Of a stretch of DNA of 57,809 bases, positions 1 to 7,935 are shown in pieces. The notes below the pieces were generated by a model. It did not search any database, was not told where the DNA came from, and saw only the letters and a program-made list of their open reading frames with translations. The stretch lies in contig JAKQHY010000096.1 in assembly GCA_029555965.1 (NCBI GenBank), positions 1 through 57,809 on the forward strand. The letters run 5' to 3'. The position numbers were made by a program, and so were the translations under genes. The DNA comes from Chloroflexota bacterium (lineage in GTDB: Bacteria > Chloroflexota > Anaerolineae > B4-G1 > SLSP01). Position 1 is the stretch's first letter. Each line of letters begins with the position of its first letter.

Positions 1-1
1 C

Positions 2-748
2 ACCCTCACCCTCACCCCCACGACCACGCTCACCGGCACGGAGACGCTGACAGGCACCGAAACGTTGACGGCTACCCCCACCCTCACCCCCACCGCCACG
101 CCGGTTCCCGTCAAGCTCCTCGCGGGCGACTTCAACGCCGCCCGCGCCATTGCCCTGATCTACGAAAATCCCTACGCCGCCACCGCCATCACCCCACTGC
201 TCACCCTTTCCTTCCAACAAGAAGGGGTGGATAAGCGCTTCTTCATCGTCGAAATCCCCGGCAAGTCCTGCCCCACCTGCAAAGCCAGCATCGGCGGCGC
301 GATCTTCACCGCCTTGCCCGCCGCCTGGCAGATCGAAATCGAACAGCGGCACATCACCACCCTGGGCACGTATGGCCGCGCGCCCACCGGCAAGTTAGTC
401 CAGGTTGGCGACGCCACCTACGGCATCCTGTTCCGCGAACCGATCACCACCACCGCCGGCCTCACCGAGCGCGCCGTGCTGATCATGCCCGTGGATGACG
501 CCATCCGCGAGGTCTTCGCTGCCGAGATCGCCGCCAGCGCCCCGCCTGACGCCGCCGCCCCCTGGGCCTACACCTCCGAAATCACCTTCGCGCCGGGCAA
601 CCACCCCGTCTACTACGACCTCACCGTCGTCACCCGTGGCGCGCGCCCCATCGAAGGCGTCATCCAACCCTTTGAGACCACCAGCCGCTACCTCCCGGTC
701 AAAACCGGCTACCAACTCGCCGAAACCCAAACCCAACTCAACCCGTAA
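2..748 (+). CDS. Hypothetical protein, 5'-partial. The frame is open to the window start, with an N-terminal Thr/Leu/Pro-rich (TLT/PTLT) repeat linker.
   Basis: ORF 65..748 is in the same frame as position 2 and has no stop back to the window edge. The TLTPTxT low-complexity linker is followed by a plausible globular domain. The overlapping ORFs 395..763(-) and 495..1220(+) are GC-rich artefacts. Confidence 0.5.
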   Translation, partial: TLTLTPTTTLTGTETLTGTETLTATPTLTPTATPVPVKLLAGDFNAARAIALIYENPYAATAITPLLTLSFQQEGVDKRFFIVEIPGKSCPTCKASIGGAIFTALPAAWQIEIEQRHITTLGTYGRAPTGKLVQVGDATYGILFREPITTTAGLTERAVLIMPVDDAIREVFAAEIAASAPPDAAAPWAYTSEITFAPGNHPVYYDLTVVTRGARPIEGVIQPFETTSRYLPVKTGYQLAETQTQLNP

Positions 749-752
749 TCCG

Positions 753-812
753 CCATTCGCCATTCGCCATTCGCTATCCGCAATTCGCTATCCGCAATTC
801 GCTATTCGCTAC
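753..812. repeat. Heptamer-periodic ATTCGC repeat array (cattcgc x3, tatccgcaattcgc x2)
   Basis: Lies between the stop of the partial CDS and the OYE gene RBS. Confidence 0.8.
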
Positions 813-828
813 TTTCAAGGGAGACGCT

Positions 829-1866
829 ATGCCCACTCTATTCTCACCCCTCACCTTGCGCGGACTCACCCTCCGCAACCGCATCGTCATGCCGCCGATG
901 TGCATGTACTGCGCCGGGACGGACGGCCTTGCTGCCGACTGGCATCTTTCGCACTACCACGCGCGGGCGCAGGGCGGCGTGGGGCTGATTCTGCTGGAAG
1001 CAACCGCCGTGGAGCCGCGGGGCCGCATCAGCGCGGGCGACCTGGGCCTGTGGGACGACGCGCAAATCGCGTCGCTGGCCCGCGTCGCGGCGCTGGCGCG
1101 GGCGGAAGGCGCGGCCATCGGCGTCCAACTGGCGCACGCCGGGCGCAAAGCCTGGAGCGCGGACAACGGCCACGGCCCGGAGGACCCCGTCGCGCCGAGC
1201 GCCCTGCCCTACGACGCTGACTGGCGCACCCCGCGCGCCCTCACCGAGACGGAGATTGACGCCATCGTAGCCGCGTGGCAGGCCGCCGCCCGCCGCGCCG
1301 CCGCCGCCAACCTCGACGCCATCGAAATCCACGGCGCGCACGGCTACCTGGTCAACGAATTTCTTTCCCCTCTCAGCAACACCCGCGCCGACGCCTACGG
1401 CGGCAGCCCGGAGGCCCGCCGGCGCTTCCTGTTGCGCGTCGTAGACGCCATTCGCGCCGCCTGGCCGGAATCCAAACCGCTGTTCGTGCGCCTCTCGGCG
1501 GTGGACTGGCGCCCCGACGGCGTCACCCTCGACGACACGGTCGCCACGGCGCGCGCCCTGCGCGACCACGGCGTGGACGCGATCCACTGCTCCAGCGGCG
1601 GCCTCGTCTCCGCGCGCCCGCCCGACGTCGGCCCTGGCTACCAGGTCCCCTTCGCCGCCCGCGTGCGCCAGGAGGCGGCCATCCCCACTGTCGCCGTCGG
1701 CCTCATCACCGCGCCGGAATACGCCGACGCGCTCATCCGCACCGGTCAGGCCGACCTCGTCGCGCTGGGCCGCGAGCTGCTGCGTCACCCCCACTGGCCC
1801 CTCGACGCCGCCCGCGCCCTGAAACACGACATCGCGTGGCCGAAGCAATACGAACGGGCGAGATAG
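829..1866 (+). CDS. NADH:flavin oxidoreductase, Old Yellow Enzyme (OYE) family (YqjM/NamA-like)
   Basis: N-terminal LTLRNRIVMPPM, the HGAHGYL motif, EFLSP...RxDxYGGS and the CSSGG C-terminal region are typical of OYE TIM-barrel flavoproteins. An AAGGGAG ribosome-binding site (RBS) lies before the ATG at 829. Confidence 0.9.
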   Translation: MPTLFSPLTLRGLTLRNRIVMPPMCMYCAGTDGLAADWHLSHYHARAQGGVGLILLEATAVEPRGRISAGDLGLWDDAQIASLARVAALARAEGAAIGVQLAHAGRKAWSADNGHGPEDPVAPSALPYDADWRTPRALTETEIDAIVAAWQAAARRAAAANLDAIEIHGAHGYLVNEFLSPLSNTRADAYGGSPEARRRFLLRVVDAIRAAWPESKPLFVRLSAVDWRPDGVTLDDTVATARALRDHGVDAIHCSSGGLVSARPPDVGPGYQVPFAARVRQEAAIPTVAVGLITAPEYADALIRTGQADLVALGRELLRHPHWPLDAARALKHDIAWPKQYERAR

Positions 1867-2048
1867 GAGTTAGGAGTGAGGAGTGAGGAAAGCCAGCATC
1901 GAGAATCGAGAATCATGAATCAAGAATCCAGCATCGAGCATCGAGCATCCAGCATCCAGCATCCAGCTTCCAGCATCCAGCATCCAGCATCCAGCATCCA
2001 GCTTCCAGCATCCAGCATCCAGCATCCAGCATCCAAAATCCAAAATCC
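1867..2048. repeat. ~180-bp array of 7-bp-periodic tandem repeats (gagtgag, aatcgag, catccag x~12, aaaatcc families)
   Basis: Phase is maintained over ~26 units. The array begins right after the OYE stop codon and is translated in-frame as ASSIQHP repeats in the ORF 1876..2799. Confidence 0.85.
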
Positions 2049-2799
2049 CTTGGCCTGGAATCGCACCAGCTACGTCCTGTTGAGCGTCTTCCTGGTCACA
2101 GTGGGTCTCATCGTCATCGTCTGGTGGCCGCTGGCGGAGGATGTGCTGAGCACCTACGATCCCACCCGGCCCTGGTGGGCGCAGATGGATTGGCTGCTGC
2201 TCGGCGACTTTTTGGTGATGTCGCTGCTGATTATGGGGGGAGCAGACCTCAAAAGCGACGCCTGGATCATGCTCGTGGGACTCGCCGGGGGATTGGCGAT
2301 TGAGGGTTGGGGCACACAGACGGAAATCTGGACGTACTACACGCTGGAGCGCCCGCCGCTGTGGATTATCCCGGCGTGGCCCATCGCCAGCCTCTCGATT
2401 GACCGGCTGGTGCGCCTGCTGCGCCTCCGCCTACCGGACCATCGCGGCTTCGTCGCCCTCTACTGGGTCATCTTCCCGGCCTTCCTCGCGCTGATGCTGC
2501 CCTTCGTCTGGCCGACGCTCGACAAATCGCTCACCCTGCTGGCGCTTGCGGCGTGCGCGTTGATCACCCTCACGCCCACGGATCACCGGCTGGCCGTGCT
2601 GACCTTCCTTGCCGGCAGCGGCCTGGGGTACTTCCTGGAACTGTGGGGGACGACGCGGGAATGTTGGACGTACTACACCCAACAGACACCGCCGCTCTTC
2701 GCTGTGCTGGCGCACGGGATGGCGGCGGTGGCGTTCTGGCGGGCCGGGCGGTTAACCCGCCACGTCTGGTTTGACCTGGTTCTAAAACGTAAAACGTAA
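1876..2799 (+). CDS. Hypothetical polytopic membrane protein with an internal duplication. The true start is probably downstream of the repeat-derived N-terminus.
   Basis: Multiple transmembrane (TM) helices and two copies of a WGTxxExWTYYT..PPL motif. The first ~55 codons are translated from the heptamer tandem-repeat array (ASSIQHP x n), so the annotated start is doubtful. Confidence 0.55.
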   Translation: MRSEESQHRESRIMNQESSIEHRASSIQHPASSIQHPASSIQLPASSIQHPASKIQNPLAWNRTSYVLLSVFLVTVGLIVIVWWPLAEDVLSTYDPTRPWWAQMDWLLLGDFLVMSLLIMGGADLKSDAWIMLVGLAGGLAIEGWGTQTEIWTYYTLERPPLWIIPAWPIASLSIDRLVRLLRLRLPDHRGFVALYWVIFPAFLALMLPFVWPTLDKSLTLLALAACALITLTPTDHRLAVLTFLAGSGLGYFLELWGTTRECWTYYTQQTPPLFAVLAHGMAAVAFWRAGRLTRHVWFDLVLKRKT

Positions 2800-2851
2800 T
2801 GCTTTTACAGTGAGACCATTACGTTTTACGTTTCACGTTTCACGTTTCACG
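2782..2851. repeat. Inverted aaaacgt/acgtttt heptamer-repeat hairpin spanning both convergent stop codons
   Basis: Left arm ctaaaacgtaaaacgtaatg, right arm cattacgttttacgtttcacgtttcacg, with a 16-bp perfect stem. A related copy is at 47588..47649. Confidence 0.8.
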
Positions 2852-3488
2852 ATACCGGCATAATCGTCGCCGGATCGCTCGCCACAATCTCCGCCTCCAA
2901 CTGGCCCGCCGAAAGCTCGCGCAGCGCGTTCTGAAAGCCGGGCAGATGTTCCTCGGCAAAACGCGCCGTCAAGGTGACGTCCCCCGCAAAATCTTCTTCT
3001 AGGGTCTCGCCGTGATGCTCCGGGATCAACAGCCGCACCCGCTCAAACAGCGCGTAAGGCGCGGCCAGCATCACCGTGTGCGTGGGGACGCGCTCGGCCA
3101 GCGACAGCACGCGCAACACCGCCCGCACCGCGTCGCCATAAGCGCGCACCAGTCCCCCCGTGCCGAGCTTCGTCCCGCCGAAATAGCGCGTCACCACCAC
3201 CGCCACGTCGCCCAGATCGCTGCCCTTGAGGACGGCCAGCGCGGGCCGGCCCGCCGTGCCGGAAGGCTCGCCGTCATCGCTGCAATGCGCCGTCACGCTC
3301 GCGCCGTGCCCCACCAGGAACGCCGGCACGTTATGCGTCGCGTCGCCAAACTCCGCGCGGATGCGGGCGACAAAGGCTTTCGCTTCGTCCACACTGAACA
3401 CCGGCGCAATCGTCGCAATGAAGCGCGAATTGACGACCACGATCTCCACGCGGGTTTCGCGGGCAGGGATAAGATAACGGTCGCTCAT
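2847..3488 (-). CDS. yigZ: YigZ/IMPACT family protein (UPF0029)
   Basis: Full-length similarity to the YigZ/IMPACT fold (VVNSRF..., GDDGEPSGTAG, VVVTRYFGGTKLGTGGLVRAY). Confidence 0.85.
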   Translation of the reverse strand: MSDRYLIPARETRVEIVVVNSRFIATIAPVFSVDEAKAFVARIRAEFGDATHNVPAFLVGHGASVTAHCSDDGEPSGTAGRPALAVLKGSDLGDVAVVVTRYFGGTKLGTGGLVRAYGDAVRAVLRVLSLAERVPTHTVMLAAPYALFERVRLLIPEHHGETLEEDFAGDVTLTARFAEEHLPGFQNALRELSAGQLEAEIVASDPATIMPVS

Positions 3489-3826
3489 ATCTGAAGCTCA
3501 CTAACTTCTGCGCGCGCCTCCCGCCACCGCTCCGGGCCGGGGAACGACCGCAAGTACCCCATCAAGTCAAACTTCGGGCCGACAACCAGCCGCGCGGTGA
3601 ACGTCGTCTCATCCTGCGTGACCTCGCCCGCCAGCAGCACCTTCTTCTTGCGCGCCTTCTCCGGGATGTCGAAGACGTACCCGGCTCCAACCCGCCGTAG
3701 ATTCACCGGCACGTATGCCTCCTGCAAGAACTTCCGCAACTGCGCCCCCGCCTCCGGGAAATGCGCCGCCGGCAGCGTCAACCGCAACGTCATCTGCCCA
3801 AACACCCCCGGCTCAAACCCTTCCAT
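3485..3826 (-). CDS. Hypothetical small protein downstream of the radical SAM gene. It may be the DUF2344-like partner or fragment of a TIGR03960/TIGR03936 pair.
   Basis: ORF 3485..3880, with a likely start at the internal Met (MEGFEPG...). The upstream part of the ORF is translated from the G-rich tract. The genomic position matches the usual radical SAM / radical-SAM-linked pairing. Confidence 0.4.
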   Translation of the reverse strand: MEGFEPGVFGQMTLRLTLPAAHFPEAGAQLRKFLQEAYVPVNLRRVGAGYVFDIPEKARKKKVLLAGEVTQDETTFTARLVVGPKFDLMGYLRSFPGPERWREARAEVSELQI

Positions 3827-3838
3827 CCATCCCAAAAA

Positions 3839-3922
3839 CCTCACCCCCTCACCCACACTCCCACACCCCCCTACTCCCATACTCCCCCTCCCCCCCTCTC
3901 CCCCTCTCCCCCCCCTCCCACG
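3839..3922. repeat. C/T-rich (G-rich on the minus strand) homopolymeric tract with C-runs up to 8
   Basis: Seen directly in sequence. Encodes the Gly/Glu/Arg-rich tail of the radical SAM protein and separates it from the small downstream ORF. Confidence 0.8.
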
Positions 3923-6044
3923 CCTTCAACGCGAACACCGTCTCGCCATACAGCCCGGCGTAACGGCGGAGGGCGTCTTTGGTGGTGAAGAGGCTTTCTT
4001 GCACGGAGAGCAGGTTATCTTCCCACGCGGGGAACATCTGAAGCAATTGCTGCATGATCCAGGCGTTTAACCATGCCGGCTCGGCCCCGGCCACGTCCGG
4101 CGGCAGCCAGAGGCGCACGTACACCGGCTTGAGTCGCCATTTGGCCGTCATCACGGCTTCCAGGTCGCGCAAATACGTCCCGCCGGGCAGTTTTAACGTG
4201 TGGGTGAGGATCGCCGCGCGTTCCTTCGGCGTCGCGCAAGCGTCGCAGCCCAGGCAGTGGGACGAGCCTCCGGCCTGTCCGACTTCGCCCAAACAATACC
4301 CCTCATCCTCCCCCGCCATCGCCTGCCGGTATTTCTTGTAGAAATAGTCCGGCGCGATCCGCTGCTGCACGAACGCCAGCGGGAAAGCGTAATCCGGCCC
4401 CTTCTCGCCCAGAAAAGCCGCGTCCCAATGGCCGTTCTCCGCCAGCCAGCCGCGCAGCGCATCCCAATAACCGGGCGTGAGCGACAAATCGTAACAATGG
4501 CCCTGCTCCGCCAACGCGAGCACCGGGGCGTGCAGCCAATACCCGCCGAGCGCCAGTACCTGCGACGCCGCATACTCGTCCCACGGCGCGGCCAGCCGGA
4601 ACTCGAACCCGTTAGTCTCGCACGCCGACTTCGCCGGGCCGATGACGGGCCGCCAGTCAGCCTCCTCCAGAAACAGCCGGTCGTAGCGCAGCGGCGTGAA
4701 AGGCATCCGCACCAGCAGGCCAAAGCTGAAGATGACACGCAGGCCCCGGTTAGCGCGCTGCTGCATATCCCGTAGGTCGCGCGCGAAGTCGCGGAATTCG
4801 GCCAGGTCGGCCTCCGTCTCGTGGCCGGTGAGGATGTAGAACAGCTTGATCTCGCGGATTTTCTGCCGCAGCAGCCGCGCCAGCACGCCGTGAATCGCGG
4901 CGTCGGGCAGGCTCTTGTGCAGGAAGGCGCGCATCCGCCGGCTGATGCCCTCGATGCCCAGCGTGAAACTGCGCTTGTCGGCCATCACCTCCGCTTCCAG
5001 CATCCCCGGCGCGGACGCCAGCACGTCCACCCGCTGGCTCTTGAAGCTCACGCGATCAAACCTCCGGTTGAGGGCCAGCAACAGCGGCAAAATCTCCGCC
5101 TGCGTGTTGAAGTTGAAGCTGTACAAATCCACCGCCGCCGCGCCGCCGCGCTTGAGCTGCTGCGCCGCCGCCAGCACGTCCGCCTGGGCGACTTCGCGGT
5201 AGGGCTTGCGGTCGTAGCCCTCGAAGCAAAAGGAGCAGAACGCGGGGCAGCCGAAGTTGAGCTGCAAGCGCGCCGTCCCCGCCTCCTCCCCGTTGAGCAG
5301 CGGATAGACGGTCAGCAGGTCATCGGATTGGGGCGCAGCGCAGACGGCTTTGGACACAGATTCAACGGATTGAACGGATTCAACGGATTGTTGTCCGTTA
5401 CATCCGTGGGCAACCCACAGGCCAGTGGTCTGGGCGGCAGCGGATAACAGGCGCGCGCGTTTCGGCAGGTGCGCGTTTTCGGCCAGCAGGCGCAGCAGCG
5501 TCTCCACCTCGCGTTCCCCCTCCCCGAAGAAGAGCGCGTCGGCCATGCAGTCGCCCGCCGGCGTGAGGATCGCCTGCGTCGCCAGCGCGTTGGAGCCGCC
5601 GAGCAGGATCGGCGGGAAGTCCGCGCCGCGCGCGCTGGCCCACACCGGGATGCCGGAGTGGAGCAGCAAATACGGCAGGTTGATCAATTCGAGCGTGTAG
5701 GCGTTGGAGACCAGCACCACGTCGAAGTCCGCCGCCCCGCGCCAGGATTGCGTCCCCACCCACAGGGGGATGCCGGCGCGCAAGAATGCCTCGCGGTCGC
5801 GCTGTGGCGGGAAGAAGGCCATGTCCACGTAGGCGGCGGGCAGAGCGCGGCGCGCGGCCTGGAACAAGAACAGGTGCGGCGTCGAGCGTTCCACGTCCCG
5901 AAAGGGAGAGAGGCGCACGATCAGCGCGCGGAATGGGGCAGCGTCAAACGGGGGATTGCCAAACGTGGGGTTAGGGCGCGGCGTGTAAAGCGAAGCCTGT
6001 TGTAGGGTAGCCCAATGCTGAGTAAAAAACTCGTGATAATCCAT
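3849..6044 (-). CDS. B12-binding-domain radical SAM protein (TIGR03960-like, uncharacterised family)
   Basis: A CxxxCxxC motif (CPAFCSFC) follows a B12-binding-like N-terminal domain, and the length is ~730 aa. The likely start is the ATG at 6044, with GAAGG 4-7 nt upstream (the ORF's first codon is TTG at 6047). An in-frame heptamer-repeat segment (NGQQSVESVQSVESV) lies at 5357..5410. Confidence 0.8.
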   Translation of the reverse strand: MDYHEFFTQHWATLQQASLYTPRPNPTFGNPPFDAAPFRALIVRLSPFRDVERSTPHLFLFQAARRALPAAYVDMAFFPPQRDREAFLRAGIPLWVGTQSWRGAADFDVVLVSNAYTLELINLPYLLLHSGIPVWASARGADFPPILLGGSNALATQAILTPAGDCMADALFFGEGEREVETLLRLLAENAHLPKRARLLSAAAQTTGLWVAHGCNGQQSVESVQSVESVSKAVCAAPQSDDLLTVYPLLNGEEAGTARLQLNFGCPAFCSFCFEGYDRKPYREVAQADVLAAAQQLKRGGAAAVDLYSFNFNTQAEILPLLLALNRRFDRVSFKSQRVDVLASAPGMLEAEVMADKRSFTLGIEGISRRMRAFLHKSLPDAAIHGVLARLLRQKIREIKLFYILTGHETEADLAEFRDFARDLRDMQQRANRGLRVIFSFGLLVRMPFTPLRYDRLFLEEADWRPVIGPAKSACETNGFEFRLAAPWDEYAASQVLALGGYWLHAPVLALAEQGHCYDLSLTPGYWDALRGWLAENGHWDAAFLGEKGPDYAFPLAFVQQRIAPDYFYKKYRQAMAGEDEGYCLGEVGQAGGSSHCLGCDACATPKERAAILTHTLKLPGGTYLRDLEAVMTAKWRLKPVYVRLWLPPDVAGAEPAWLNAWIMQQLLQMFPAWEDNLLSVQESLFTTKDALRRYAGLYGETVFALKAWEGGERGRGGEGEYGSRGVWECG

Positions 6045-6083
6045 CAAACCTTCGCGCCTTTGCGCCTTTGCGTGAAACTCATT

Positions 6084-6725
6084 TCACGGACTCACCGTGA
6101 GGTAAGGCGCGATTTGCTGGTAGGTGGCCGGGCCGATGCCAGGGACGTTCTGGATGTCCTCCACGCGCGCAAACGGCCCGTTGGCCTCCCGGTAGGCGAC
6201 GATGTCCTGCGCGCGACCGGGGCCGATGCCGGGCAGCGTCTCCAGGGCCGCCGCCGTCGCCGCGTTGAGATCGAGCGGCGCGGGCGTCGCCGCGGCGGAA
6301 GGCGCGGGCGTTTCCGCCGCCTGGCGCGGCACGACGAGCTGCTGATTGTCGTACAGCGGCGCCGCCAGATTAAGCGACTCCAGATCGGCGTCTTCCGCCG
6401 GGCCGCCCGCCGCTGCGAGCGCGTCTTCCACCAGGCTGTCGCCAGGGAGCGTCACCACCTGCGGTTCCAGCACCGCCCCGCTCACGTAGATGGTCACCGG
6501 CTGCGGCGTCACCGTGGGCGCGGGCGTCAGGGGCGCGACGGTGTTAGCAACCCGAATGACCGGCGCAGGCAACGCCAGGGTCGGCTCCTCCAAAGTGCGA
6601 AATCCCCAGTAGCCGATGGCCCCGCCGACGAGCAAGCTCACCAACGCCACCACAATCAGGCGCGGGCGGAAATATTTCGCAGCAGCGGGCGTAAGTTGGA
6701 ACTCGGAAGATTCAGTCCGACTCAT
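6084..6725 (-). CDS. comEA: ComEA family DNA-binding competence protein (SLBB domain + helix-hairpin-helix)
   Basis: N-terminal TM anchor, an SLBB-like segment (VTIYVSGAVLEPQVVTLPGDSLVEDALAAAGG), and a C-terminal HhH (LDLNAATAAALETLPGIGPGRAQDIVAYRE...F). The start is the ATG at 6725, preceded by a CAGGAG RBS. Confidence 0.85.
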   Translation of the reverse strand: MSRTESSEFQLTPAAAKYFRPRLIVVALVSLLVGGAIGYWGFRTLEEPTLALPAPVIRVANTVAPLTPAPTVTPQPVTIYVSGAVLEPQVVTLPGDSLVEDALAAAGGPAEDADLESLNLAAPLYDNQQLVVPRQAAETPAPSAAATPAPLDLNAATAAALETLPGIGPGRAQDIVAYREANGPFARVEDIQNVPGIGPATYQQIAPYLTVSP

Positions 6726-6804
6726 AAAATAACGCTCCTGAAAAAAGGAGAAAGTTTCACGCAAAGGCGCGAAGGCGCAAAGATTTTTAAGATTGGACTA
6801 AATT

Positions 6805-7875
6805 TTACGGCGTATCCGTTAAATCCGTTGAATCCGTTGAGCCTTTTCTCCCCCTCCGCTTGAAAAGCCGCCGGGGCGCCATCTTGCGCATCCGCTCGTA
6901 GAGCGCGCGCAAATCCGGGCCTTTGAGCGTGGCGCCGGCCTGGAAGTAGCGGTGCGCGGCCTGCCCGATGCCCCACGTGCTGATCGCCGCCATCGCCGCC
7001 GAGACAATCCAACCGGGGCCGGGGATGAACTTCGCCAGTTGCCCGGCCAGGTAGCGCGAAAGCAGGCTGCCGGCCATCGTCGTCAGCAGCTCGCGCGCGT
7101 GCGAGACGCTCATCGGTTGGCCGTAGGCGGCGGCGATCCGCAACACCATGCGCGTCTGCGAGGTCAGCAAGAAGGGCACGTCCAGGCCGGGGAACGGCTG
7201 TAGCCCGATCATGGCGTTAAGCCACGCCGTCCGCAGAATAATTTTGTGGACCAACTGCTGGCGGACGCCCGGCAGCGCGTGCGCCATCGCCACGGCGACC
7301 GCCGGCTGCGCGTCCAGGATGGCGGGCAGGAGCTTGTCCACCACGCCGCCGCCCGTCCGCGCTACCACCGGAACCGGGCGGACGCCCAGCAATTTCTCCG
7401 CATTTTCGAGAATCCAGGGCAAATCCTGCTTGACCAGGTCGGTCTTGTTCAGCGCCACCACCACCGGGACTTTCAGCGCCCGCAGCGATTGGTAGAGGTC
7501 GTGATCGCTCTGCCGCACGCCCGCCGCCGCGTCCAACAACAGCAGCACCAGATCGGCGCTCTGGGCCGCCTCCTGCGCGGTGTTGGCGCGATCCACGCCC
7601 CACACTTCCCCAAAGCCGGGCGTATCCACCAGGAGAAACGGCCCCAGCGGATGTTCCACCACACCCTTGGTCGTGCCGGGGACGGCGCTCACGGCGGAGA
7701 GCTTGCGGCTGTGGAGATAGTTGAACAGAGTGGACTTGCCGCTGTTCACCGGCCCCACAATCACGAGCCGGGATTGCAACTCCTGCGCCACTTCCTCTCC
7801 CTGGGCATGCCAGTCCAACGCTTGCAGCGCCTTTTGAATATCCTGTAACTTGCTGGGTAAAAGTAATAGCGACAC
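6805..7875 (-). CDS. GTPase with a small-GTPase G-domain and a DUF697-like membrane-associated C-terminal domain
   Basis: P-loop GPVNSGKST, DTPG, and NKTD motifs. GTG start with an AAGGAG RBS. The last ~10 codons (GSTDSTDLTDTP) are encoded by a ccgttga heptamer array. Confidence 0.75.
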   Translation of the reverse strand: MSLLLLPSKLQDIQKALQALDWHAQGEEVAQELQSRLVIVGPVNSGKSTLFNYLHSRKLSAVSAVPGTTKGVVEHPLGPFLLVDTPGFGEVWGVDRANTAQEAAQSADLVLLLLDAAAGVRQSDHDLYQSLRALKVPVVVALNKTDLVKQDLPWILENAEKLLGVRPVPVVARTGGGVVDKLLPAILDAQPAVAVAMAHALPGVRQQLVHKIILRTAWLNAMIGLQPFPGLDVPFLLTSQTRMVLRIAAAYGQPMSVSHARELLTTMAGSLLSRYLAGQLAKFIPGPGWIVSAAMAAISTWGIGQAAHRYFQAGATLKGPDLRALYERMRKMAPRRLFKRRGRKGSTDSTDLTDTP

Positions 7876-7935
7876 AGTACTCCTTGGAAAACAGACAAAA
7901 CGTGTTAACGTTTAAACGTTGGAACGATGTTCTCA

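Noticed and set aside
844-1848. Long antisense ORF (334 aa) overlapping the OYE gene
   Set aside because: Entirely antisense to a well-supported OYE flavoprotein gene. The Arg/Gly/Ala-rich low-complexity translation is typical of spurious frames in high-GC DNA.
1867-2048. Possible CRISPR array suggested by the regular tandem repeats
   Set aside because: The repeat unit is 7 bp with no unique spacers of 25-40 bp, and no cas genes are nearby. These are microsatellite-like STRR-type repeats, not CRISPR. The same applies to the other heptamer arrays.
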